Source of the DNA: Calditrichia bacterium
GTDB lineage: Bacteria > Calditrichota > Calditrichia > JAJRVZ01
Assembly: GCA_963796965.1 (NCBI GenBank)
Contig: CAWCNS010000004.1
Coordinates: forward strand, 800,001 to 864,000
DNA: 64,000 nt
Reading direction: 5' to 3'
A program made the position numbers and the translations under genes. Under the pieces are notes generated by a model. It was not told the DNA's origin. It made no database searches and worked only from the letters and a program-made list of their open reading frames with translations. Of this stretch, positions 9,358 through 20,885 are shown piece after piece. The stretch's first letter is position 1. Each line of letters starts with the position of its first letter.

Positions 9358-12300
9358 ATGAACAAAAAGAAAACCATAGTATTATTAGAGAAAAAACTGC
9401 AAGAAAGAATCCTCATGCTCGATGGTGCCATGGGGACCATGATCCAAAATTATCATCTTAGTGAGGAGGATTATCGTGGTAAACAATTTGCAGATCATCC
9501 TCATGATTTGATCGGAAATAATGATCTACTATCAATCACAAAGTCACATATAATTGAGGAAATTCACAGAACATTTTTGAATTCAGGGGCAGATATTATT
9601 GAGACCAATACCTTTAATGCCAATGCCCTCTCACAACAAGATTATAACGCTGAAGCCCATGTTTATGAGATGAATCTGGCTTCCGCAAAAATCGCCCGGC
9701 AAGCAGTAGATACGTATGTAGAAGAGCATCCGGATCAGCCAAAATTTGTTGCCGGAGCCATAGGACCAACAAATCAAACAGCCTCTATTTCACCGGATAT
9801 CAACCGTCCGGAATACCGCCGTGTTACTTTTGATGATGTTGTTGAGGGTTATTATGAACAGGTGCGCGGTCTCGTTGATGGTGACGTTGATCTTTTAATG
9901 GTCGAAACTATTTTTGACACATTAAATGCTAAAGCTGCCTTATATGCTATTGATAAAAATTTTGAAGAATCGGGTAAAAGACTTCCAATCATGCTGTCGG
10001 TCACAATTACAGATGCCAGCGGAAGGACTTTATCCGGCCAAACCTTAGGATCTTTTTGGATCTCAATGGCCTCCTTTGATCTCTTTAGCATAGGTATTAA
10101 TTGTGCTTTAGGAGCAAGGGAAATGCTTCCCTTTATTGAAGAATTATCAAATCTTGCGCCAATTTATTTAAGTATATATCCCAATGCAGGTTTACCCAAT
10201 GAGTTCGGGGAATATGATGATACGCCTGACCACATGGCAGAAGTATTATCGACCATCGCAAAAAACGGCTTTGTCAATATTATTGGCGGGTGCTGCGGTA
10301 CCACACATAATCATATTAAAACTATCGCTGATTCTGTAAAGGATCTATCACCACGAAAAGTACCTGAGAAAACCAATCTGCAGGCTTTTAGCGGTCTTGA
10401 AGCACTTATCAAAAGACCTGAAACCAATTTTATCAATATTGGGGAAAGATGTAATATTTCCGGGTCTACCCGTTTTAAAAAGTTAATTGTTGAAGAAAAT
10501 TTTGAAGAGGCTGTGCGTATTGCCAGAACCCAGGTCGAAAATGGCGCCCAGATTCTTGATATAAATATGGATGAGGGGCTAATCGATTCCGAATCTGCCA
10601 TGGTTAAGTTTTTAAATCTGTTGGCATCCGAACCGGATATAGCCCGGGTTCCGATCATGGTCGACTCATCAAAATGGTCTATTATTGAAGCCGGGTTAAA
10701 GTGTCTGCAGGGAAAGTCTGTTGTAAACTCAATTAGTTTGAAAGAGGGCGAAGACGAATTTATCAAACAGGCGCAAATTGCCAGACGATTTGGGGCTGCA
10801 GTGGTTGTCATGGCTTTTGATGAAGAAGGACAGGCCGATACCGTTGAACGTCGGGTTGAGATCTGTTCGCGGGCGTACAAAATACTGACCGAGATCTTGG
10901 GATTCTGTCCTTGTGATATAATCTTTGATCCGAACATCTTTGCTGTTGGGACTGGAATTGATGAACACAAGGACTATGCGGTCAGTTATTTTGAAGCCAC
11001 CAGACAGCTAAAGGCTATGTTCCCAGGGGTATTGATCAGTGGTGGGGTTAGTAATGTCTCGTTTTCTTTCCGGGGCAATAATGCCATTCGTGAAACAATC
11101 CATTCTGCTTTTCTTTATCATGCCATTCAGGCTGGAATGGATATGGGTATTGTTAATGCAGGACAAATAGTCGTTTATGAGGATATCGAGCCTGATCTAC
11201 GGGAAAGAGTTGAAGATGTTCTTTTAAACCGGCGTGATGATGCTACGGATCGTTTATTAGCTGTGGTTGATACTGTCCAACAAAAAAAGAAGGATTCAAA
11301 GGAAGATTTAAGTTGGCGGAATGATGAAGTAACAAAGCGCTTAACCCACGCCCTGGTCAATGGTATCAATGAATACATTGAGGAAGATACAGAAGAGGCA
11401 CGTAAAGAGCTGAAAAGATCCCTTGTTGATCATCGAGGGTCCGCTGATGACCGGTATGAATATTGTCGGTGATCTTTTTGGATCCGGAAAAATGTTTCTA
11501 CCCCAGGTCGTTAAAAGTGCACGTGTTATGAAAAAAGCGGTTGCCTATCTGATTCCTTTTCTCGAGGCTGGGAAAAGTCAGTCCGGACTGGGCGCAAATG
11601 GAAAAATTCTGCTGGCCACAGTAAAGGGTGATGTACATGACATCGGTAAGAATATTGTTGGTGTTGTTCTGGGATGTAATAATTATGATATCATTGATTT
11701 AGGTGTTATGAATCCTGCGGAGAAGATTGTCGAGATGGCCAGGGAAAACCAGGTTGATGTGATCGGTTTGAGTGGATTGATTACGCCGTCTTTAGATGAG
11801 ATGGTCCATGTGGCCAAGGTATTAAACAGAGAAGGAATTGATCTCCCCCTTCTGATTGGTGGAGCAACGACATCTGCCGTTCATACGGCGGTAAAAATCG
11901 CACCTGTGTATAATGGTGTGACCGTTCACGTCCTTGATGCATCGCGTGCAGTTGGTGTAACGAGCAAGTTAATCAATAAAAATCAATCCGAAGCGTTTAT
12001 TACATCTGTCAAATCAGAACAGGGCCAACAGGTTGAAATGCATAAAAAGAAACATGGGGATCGAAGTTGGCTTTCCATCGATGTATCCAGAAAACGGAAG
12101 CATCAGATAAACTGGCCTGAATCTAATATCCTTCCACCCATCTCTCCTGGAATTCAAACATTTGACGATTACCCCATAAGCGAGATTATTCCCTGGATAG
12201 ATTGGACGCCATTTTTTCACACCTGGGAAATGAAGGGGCGTTATCCTGAGATTATAGATGATGATAAATATGGTTCAGAGGCATCAAAAATATTTAAAGA

Positions 12301-13042
12301 TGCTCAAAATCTATTGGAAAGAATTGTAGGGAATCGTTTGTTAAAGGGACGTGGTGTTATTGGAATATTCCCAGCCAACTCGGTTGGAGATGATATAGAG
12401 GTTTTTACAGATAATTCACGTCAGCATGTGGCGGCTATTTTTCATACGCTTCGTCAGCAAGGTGATAAAGGAGCTGATCGATCCAATTTTGCACTATCTG
12501 ATTTTATAGCACCAAAGGAAACGGGTCTTGACGACTACATTGGTGCTTTCGCCCTCACGACGGGAATTGGCTCAAAAGAAGAAGTAGCAAGATTTGAAGC
12601 GGATCATGATGATTATAATGCTATATTATTGCAAGCCCTGGCTGATCGTTTGGCTGAAGCTTTTGCTGAGTTGATGCATTGCCGTGTGCGCAAAGAATTC
12701 TGGGGTTATGATACAGAAGAAGATCTTGACGTAAATGATCTGATCAAGGAGAAATTCCGAGGAATCCGGCCAGCTCCCGGTTATCCTGCCTGTCCAGATC
12801 ATACTGAAAAGCATACGATATTTGATTTATTATCTGTAGAACAAAACACAGGTATTACCCTGACCGAATCATTTGCCATGGATCCACCTGCTTCGATTAG
12901 TGGATATTATTTTGCTCACCCTGAAGCAAAATATTTTGGTGTTGGAAAAATTACACGTGATCAAGTCGCTGACTATGCCAGACGCAAAGGTGTTGATTTG
13001 GCCGTAATGGAAAAATGGTTAGGAGCAAATCTGAGTTATTGA
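9358..13042 (+). CDS. metH: Cobalamin-dependent methionine synthase (one frameshift near 11415)
   Basis: [17 protein letters not shown], pterin-binding [11 protein letters not shown]12 motif [10 protein letters not shown], reactivation domain [12 protein letters not shown]; spans ORFs 9358 and 11423. Confidence 0.97.
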
Positions 13043-13182
13043 TGGAGCAGAAAGCAGAATAATTTCCACGATTTTTTCTTTTTTAAATTACCTTCTTTGT
13101 TTAAATTCAATAAATGATAATAGATCTCTTATTTTAGTTCTGCATACGCATAAAAATGATGGTTTGATGAAAAGGAATTTTT

Positions 13183-14472
13183 ATGACTCCTGCATCTTAC
13201 AACCCTTTCGAAACCGCACAAAAACAATTTGATAACGCCGCTAATCTTCTTGATCTGGACAAACCCACCCGCGATCTTCTCCGTTATCCTATGCGAGAAT
13301 ATAAATTTTCTATTCCGGTTCGTATGGATGATGGCAAAATGAGAATATTCAGGGGGTTTCGTGTTCAACACAATGATGCCCGCGGTCCGGCAAAAGGCGG
13401 TATACGATTTCATCCCCAGGAAACCATAGATACCATCCGTGCGATGGCCATGTGGATGACCTGGAAAACAGCTGTTGCCGATCTTCCTTTGGGCGGAGGT
13501 AATGGTGGGGTCATCTGCGATCCACATGAACTTAGTGAACTTGAACAAGAACAGATATGCAGGGGTTGGGTACGGCAGGTGGTAAAAAATATTGGACCCC
13601 ATACGGACGTACCGGCTCCCGATATTATGACCACGTGCCAAACATATGTTATGGATGCTTGATGAATTTGAAGCAATTAAGGGCGAAAAAAAGCCTGGAT
13701 TTATTACAGGTAAACCGGTTGGTATGGGCGGTTCATTAGGCAGATTAGAAGCGACTGGTTATGGTGTCATTATTACAATTCGTGAAGCATTAAAAGATTT
13801 GAATATCAATACCGGAAAATACAGTAGCCAGTTTTCAGGGATTTGGGAATGTGGCCCGTTATGCAATTGAATTGTACCTGGAGATGGGTGGTAAGGTCGT
13901 CTGCGTTTCTTCCTGGGATCAGGAAGAGCAAGCCAGCTATTCCTTTTATAAAAAGGAAGGAATCGGTTTAGAAGAGCTTCTTTCCATTTCAAATAATTAT
14001 GGCGAAATCAACAAAAGTAAAGCCTTAGATTTGGGTTATCAGGTTCTACCTGCTGAAGACTGGCTTTCACAGGATGTGGATATCATTGTTCCTGCGGCAA
14101 TAGAAAACCAGATTACAGAAAATAATGTTGATAGGATCAGTCGCAAGGTAAAAATAATTGCAGAAGGAGCTAACGGTCCAACGACCCCTGAAGCGGAAGC
14201 AGTCCTTCAGGATCGCCAAATCATGGTGATTCCGGACCTCCTGGCTAACTGCAGGTGGTGTGACCTGTAGTTATTTTGAACAGGTTCAAAGTAATATGAA
14301 TTATTTTTGGGAGAGGTATGAGATTATGAGCAAGTTGGATGTCAAAATGACTTCCGCTGCAATTGCTGTATTTGATTTTGCCCAAAAACAAAAATTAAGT
14401 CTGCGCGATGCTGCTTATGTGATATCTGTAAGCCGGGTTGTCCAGGCCTCCCATGATCGGGGATGGATATAG
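13183..14472 (+). CDS. Glu/Leu/Phe/Val dehydrogenase (glutamate dehydrogenase family), frameshifted
   Basis: RVQHNDARGPAKGGIRFHP, DVPAPD, ITGKPVGMGGSLGR.EATGYG, AEGANGPTT, SYFEQVQ across four consecutive ORFs. Confidence 0.9.
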
Positions 14473-14584
14473 TTTTTATGATAGGAGAAAATAAAAGACG
14501 TAGAGCGTGGAGTGTTGAGCGTAGAGAGATAGAGTGAAGAGCGAAAAGAGTGAAAGTAAAAGCCTGGTCAGGTTAAAATTAAAA

Positions 14585-16342
14585 ATGAATAAGTTAGATC
14601 CTGATTTGGGAAAAATCCTTTTAAAATTTGATCGCAGGAATTTTGCTCGCCTGGGAAGCGGTACATTTATAGGAAGCGGTTCTCTGGGTGGAAAAGCAAG
14701 CGGTCTTAGCCAGATTATAAATCTCTACAATCCGATAATGATCTCCAAGAAATTGACGCTATCGACATAAAGGTTCCGAGATTTACTGTTCTCCGATACC
14801 GATGTATTTTCGTTCCTTCATGAAAATAATGATCTCTATGAGATCGCTCTTTCCGGCTCAGCTGATGATCGAATTGCCACGCATTCCAAAAAGCAAGTTT
14901 ACCCTTTGAAGTCTTAGGTGATTTACGTGCTTTAATCATCCGACATACATCATCCCCTAGCTGTTCGTTCTTCCGGCCTCCTCGAAGATGCATTACACGA
15001 ACCTTTTGCAGGAATCTATGCAACAAAAATGACACCTAATAACCAGGCGGATACAGATACGCGATTCCGAAAACTTATTGAAGCAATTAAATATGTTTAT
15101 GCCTCTACCTACTTTAAAGCAGCCAAGAGATTATATGAAGGCGACTAAATAACAAATTGAAGATGAGCAGATGGCGGTAATAATTCAGGATGTGAGCGGG
15201 AATCGTCATGATGAGCGATACTATCCGAAATTTCCGGCGTTGCGCGGTCTTATAATTATTATCCTATTGGCAGGTTTAAGCCGAAGGATGGTGTTGTCAA
15301 TCTTGCTCTGGGATTAGGCAAGACAATTGTAGATGGGGGCAGTGCTGGAGTTATTCACCTGTTCACCCAAAAATTAGTCCGCCCTTTGATTCCATCCCTG
15401 AGATGCTCAAAAAAACCCAAAATGCATTTTGGGCGGTAAATATGGGAAAACCTCTGATCTATGATCCGCTAAATGAGGTTGAGTATATGACAGAAGAAAG
15501 ATTTACCTGTGGCGGAAGAGGATAATACGTTACAACATATTGCTTCAACTTTTGATCCGGAATCAAGGGCGTTTATCGATGGGGACGGGGGTTGAAGGTG
15601 CCGCGTGTTATTAACCTTCGCTCCCTTCTGAATATCAACGATATTCCGTTAAATCAGGTGATTAAATCACTATTAATGTTATGTGAAGAATATTTCCAGA
15701 CACCAGTAGAAATTGAATTTGCGGTGACATTTTCTGATAATGAAAACAGTCTAAAAACATCAGTTTGGATGTCTTACAGGTCCGTCCAATGGTTGTATCA
15801 GACAAAAAAGTACAAATCGATAATATAGATATTCGGTGAAAACGTCTTAGTTGCTTCAGAAACTGTTCTTGGTAATGGTGAAAATATGCTATATAAGATA
15901 TCGTATATGTGAAACCTGGATTATTTCATGCAAAAAATACAAAAGCAATTGCCGGTGAATTGAGGAGATAAACAAGGAGATAATTCGAAAAACCGAACCT
16001 TTTTACTAATAGGTTTCGGTCGTTGGGGAAGTTCAGATCCCTGGTTGGGTATACCGGTCAATTGGGGGCAGATTTCTGCGGTGCGGGCAATTGTTGAGTC
16101 GATGCTGGAAAATATGAATGTTGAACTCAGTCAAGGATCACATTTTTTTCATAATCTTACCAGCTTTCAAATATCGTATTTTTCACTGCCCTATTTGGGA
16201 GTAATATAAAATTGACTGGACCTGGTTAGACAATCAATCTCAGGAAATAGATGGACAATTTGTACGTTGGATCAGCCTCAATAAACCCCTGCACATTAAA
16301 GTGGATGGGCGTTCAGGCCATGGGGTAATATTTAAATCATGA
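14585..16342 (+). CDS. PEP/pyruvate-binding (PPDK_N, PEP-synthase-like) protein, paralog 1; many indels (sequencing errors or pseudogene)
   Basis: Manual translation gives GSGSLGGKASGL, LAVRSSGLLED..EPFAGIYAT, EQMAVIIQ, ALGLGKTIVDGG, PVEIEFAV, GRWGSSDPWLGIPVNWGQIS, SQGSHFFHNLTSF. The stop overlaps the next ATG (ATGA). Confidence 0.8.
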
Positions 16343-19095
16343 GGAACGTGATGAATGACAATGAGCCATTGGGAAAATTAGTCTCCGATTTGAAGGAAAG
16401 AGCCAAAGAACTTACTTGCCTCTATACTGTTCAGGAACTTCTCAATAAATCTGATTCAAGTATAGATGAAATTTGTAATGGCATTATTGCGGCTATACCT
16501 CCCGGATGGCAATTCCCGGCCGTATGTCAGGCAAAAGTCTTATTCCGTGAAAAAATTTATCAATCTACAAAGTTTCGGGAAACAGAATGGTGTCAAAGTG
16601 CTGATATAAATGTACAGGATGAAAAAATTGGCAATATTTGTGTTTACTATACAGAAGAACGACCTTTAGCAGATGAAGGACCATTCCTGAAAGAGGAACG
16701 AAAACTTATCAATACCATTGCAGACCAATTCGGGCTTTATGTGCTTCATCAGCAACTCAAAACTGTCTTTGAGGAGACTAAAAATGAAATAAAAGAGGAA
16801 AAAAGTGATTGGGTCGTGATTCTGGATCTATTAAAAAGAACCGATCCAAAATTATTGATCCGTATTTCAAGAAAAATGGTGAATTTTCTTTGCTGGAGTG
16901 GAATTAGGGACGCAGAGAAATTACTCGAAAATTTTAGTCCGGCATATAGAGAAGAAAATGAATTACTTAAAGAAATGAACCGTCCGTATCAGAGACAAGC
17001 CGGAAGTGATTTGATGGAAGCAAGTTATAAAATATTTGAAGTAGCCGGTAATCATTTAACGAAAAAAGATATTCTCAGTAGTATTCAAAAGTGGATCAAG
17101 GAAGACCGTTCGGGATTTCTCGTAAATATATTGGAGGATAGCGGATCTTCCCTGGCAGAAATAGGGAGCGCCATCGAACGTTATCATCATCTTGCACCCC
17201 AAGGTCTCGAGTTATCACAACCGCGTGAGATAAGTTTTCGCGTTGCCCTAATCAGACGTCTGCTCAGTGATCAGCCAGATTTTATCAATATTGCCAAAAA
17301 CTTTGTTAATGTTGATGATTTTAATGATATCATGCAGCGGATTATTTACCCTGTGGGAAGCCATGGTAAGGTTGGTGGGAAGAGTTCCGGATTGTTTCTG
17401 GCTAAACATATCCTGGAGAATGCACCCGATCCTGATAATCTCATCAAAAACATTAAAATACCTAAAACCTGGTATCTTACTTCAGATGGTGTTCTAAACT
17501 TTATGAATTACAACAATCTCGAGGACATCATTGAACAGAAATACAAAGATTCGGATCAGGTAAGACAAGAATATCCTTATGTGGTTCATGTTTTTAAAAA
17601 TTCACCTTTCGCACCAGAAATTATAAAGGGCTTATCGCTGGCCCTCGATGATTTTGGGGATGTACCGCTAATCGTTCGAAGTTCAAGTTTATTGGAGGAT
17701 CGTCTTGGTGCTGCGTTTGCCGGTAAATATAAAAGTTTGTTTATTGCTAATATGGGATCAAAAGAGGAGCGGCTTGTTGAGTTGATGGATGCGATTGCAG
17801 AAGTGTATGCCTCAACGTTTGGACCAGATCCAATTCAATACAGGAAAGAGCATGGTCTACTCGATTATCATGAAGAAATGGGGATAATGATACAGGAAGT
17901 GGTAGGTAAAAAAGTCGGTAATTACTATTTCCCTGCTTTTGCCGGTGTGGCCTTCAGCCAAAATGAATTTCGCTGGTCCGCTAGAATTAGGCGTGAAGAT
18001 GGTCTGGTTCGGATGGTACCCGGGCTGGGTACCCGCGCCGTTGATCGTCTTAGTAATGATTATCCCATTCTTGTTTCCCCTGGCCAACCGAGGTTGAGAG
18101 TAAATATTACGCAAGATGAGATTGCAAGATATTCTCCTAAGAATATGGATGTGATTAATCTCAATACAGGTAGTTTTGAAACTGTTGAGATAGGGGTGTT
18201 GTTTAAAACGTTTGGTCAGGAATACCCCTTAATTAACAAAATTGTGTCCATCATGGAAGATGACAATATCAAGCAACCCAATGCTCTGGGAACTGATTTT
18301 AACCGTTCTGATATGATTGTAACTTTTGAAGGGTTAATATCACACTCTTCATTTATAGACGCAATGCTAAAAATTTTGAACGTGCTTGAAAATACCTACA
18401 ATAATCCGATCGATATCGAGTTCGCTCATGATGGCGAGAGTTTTTACCTTTTACAATGTAGGTCCCAGAGTGCCAGGGAAGAGAGCCGGCCAGTAGAAAT
18501 TCCTAAAAATATCCCGGAAAGTAATATAATCTTCACGGCCAACCGCTTCATATCAAATGCCGAAGTGAGGGACATTAGCCATATTGTTTATATCGATCCA
18601 CAGAAATATAGCGAGATATCCGATTACCAAGACACTTCTTCTGGTTGGACGTATCGTTGGAAAATTGAATAAAATTCTTCCCCGGCGTCGATTTATTCTT
18701 ATAGGGCCAGGGCGTTGGGGCAGCCGGGGGGATATCAAACTAGGTGTCGCGGTCACGTATTCAGAGATTAATAATACAGCTGTCTTGATTGAGGTGGCCA
18801 GAAAGCATAAAGATTATGTTCCTGACCTGTCTTTTGGAACCCATTTCTTCCAGGATTTGGTCGAGTCAAATATTCGTTATTTACCTTTGTATCCCGATGA
18901 TGAGAATATTGTCTTTAATGAATTATTTTTAAGAGAATCTGAAAATCAGCTGATACACCTATTGCCGGATTCTGCGTCAATGTCCGAAGTAGTACGCGTA
19001 ATCGATATTGAAAAAAAGACGGGCGGTAAGCAAGACTGGATCTGTTGATGAATGCAGAATTTGACCAGGCCGTTGCGATGATCTCCTCCGAGTGA
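16339..19095 (+). CDS. PEP/pyruvate-binding (PPDK_N) protein, paralog 2, with an N-terminal GAF-like sensor segment (frameshifts near 18635 and 19030)
   Basis: N-terminal LKERAKELTCLY...IPPGWQFP...GPFLKEERKLI; GKVGGKSSG, LIVRSSSLLED..FAGKY, GLGTRAVDR, DIEFA, GPGRWGSRGDIKLG, SFGTHFFQDL. Confidence 0.85.
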
Positions 19096-19204
19096 AAAGC
19101 CTGAGCAAGATTAGGATACGTCCTATAATTTTCACTTTTATTTTCAAGCAAGATTCGATAAGTTAACCTCAATCTATTATACAGAATATTGTGCGGAGAA
19201 TGGA

Positions 19205-20573
19205 ATGAAAAAGATTTTAATACTTGGCGCTGGCAAGAGTGCACCCTACATGATTGATTATTTGTTAAAAAAAGCAGAGAAATATGATTGGTTTATAACG
19301 GTCGGAGACAGAGATATTGAATTGGCCAGAAAAGTAGTCAAGCGGAACACACGCAGCGATGTTGTTGCTTTGGATCTCAATGATGCAGAACTAAGATTAA
19401 GACAAATTGAGAAATCAGATGTGGTCATAAATTTTCTACCACCTGCCTTTCAGTATCTGATTGCTTTGGGATGTATTGCAAAGGGAAAACATATGATTAC
19501 CGCCTCCTATCAGGATGATCGGGTTGCGGAGCTGGTTAATGATGCCCACCGCAAAGGTATTCTAATATTAAATGAAATGGGATTGGATCCTGGTATTGAT
19601 CATATGTCGTCCATGTCAGTCATAGATAAAGTCAGAAAACGTAAGGGAATAATAAAAAGTTTTAAATCCTATGGTAGCGGTTTGCCTGCCCCAGAATCTG
19701 CAGATAATCCCCTTAAGTATGCGATTACCTGGAATCCAAAAAATGTAGTCCGTGCAGGTGAAGTCGGAGCACAGTATTTATATCACGGACAGATAAAAAT
19801 TCTTCCTTATCATGAAGTATTTCAACGCACCTGGAATTTTGATTTAGATGGGGTGGGTCGGATGGAGGCATACCCAAATCGTGATTCATTAAAATATCAG
19901 TGGCTCTTTGGACTTGATCATGTAGATACGATGATAAGGGGTACATTACGATATCCGGGTTGGAGTGAAACATGGTTACAAGTCGTGCGTCTGGGGCTCA
20001 CCAATGAGACTATGCGGATTCCAAATATTTGTAAGTATAGTTATCGGGATCTGGTTGAGATGTTTCTTCCTTTACACCAATCGTCAGCAAATCTTGAACA
20101 CCGGATAGCAAATTTTCTCAATATAAGTCCCACCGGTACCATTATGCAACATCTTGAGTGGCTTGGTCTACTCTCTGATGAACCCATTGAATGTAATGGT
20201 GATACAGCGGCAGATGTCTTAGTTAGTATCCTTGTTAAAAAACTAACATTGCCCGTCAACGGAAGAGATATGGTAGCCCTCGTTCATGAAATTGAGGCGG
20301 AGTATCCAAAGAGCAAAAATAAGCGGGAGAGAATTACTTCTACGTTTATAGAATTTGGAGAACCGGGAGGTTTTACTGCCATCGCAAAGACTGTCGGATT
20401 GCCGGCAGCCATAGCAACAAAACTTCTTTTGACAGACAAATTACCGATAACCGGCTGTCATATTCCCACACATTCAGACTGTCTATTCAAAAGTACTTCC
20501 AGAACTTGAGAAAGAAGGTCTGGTATTTAAAGAAAAAGTAGAAGAAATAGATGTTGCTGAAAATAAGATGTAA
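19205..20573 (+). CDS. Saccharopine dehydrogenase family protein (frameshift near the C-terminus)
   Basis: ILILGAGKS Rossmann motif; NEMGLDPGIDHM, SYGSGLPAPE, YAITWNP, EAYPNRDS, RGTLRYPGW, AKTVGLP. Confidence 0.92.
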
Positions 20574-20608
20574 TCATTGGTTTTTAGTTTGACCTATTTA
20601 TAAATATC

Positions 20609-20878
20609 TCTCGCAGAGGCGCAAAGGCGCAGAGTATTTATCCACGAATTACTCCCGTGGAACGGGACAAGTCGAATTTTGACGAATTTCACGAATTGAA
20701 CTAAAATATTATATGTGTCATTTCGAATCCTTTAAATTAGTCATTCCGAACTTGTTTCGGAATCTAAAAAACATTCAGAAGGATCATGAGATGCTGAAAC
20801 AAGTTCAGCATGACAAAGGAGATATGCATTACTCTATATATAGGGCTAAATAATCGCTGCGTCTACAACTCTGCGAGA
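20609..20878. repeat. Nested inverted-repeat / REP-doublet cluster
   Basis: Outer TCTCGCAGAG (20609) / CTCTGCGAGA (20869); inner (C/G)ACGAATT repeats; inner pair GTCATTCCGAACTTGTTTCGGAATCT (20740) / AGATGCTGAAACAAGTTCAGCATGAC (20789). Confidence 0.8.
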
Positions 20879-20885
20879 TAAATAA

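Noticed and set aside
10311..10970. Long antisense ORFs (also 30807-31319, 46144-46635, 48703-49275, 57851-58459)
   Set aside because: They are shadows of well-supported genes on the opposite strand and have no motifs.
11400..11472. Naturally split metH or programmed frameshift
   Set aside because: The break falls inside the cap domain and matches the window-wide indel error pattern.
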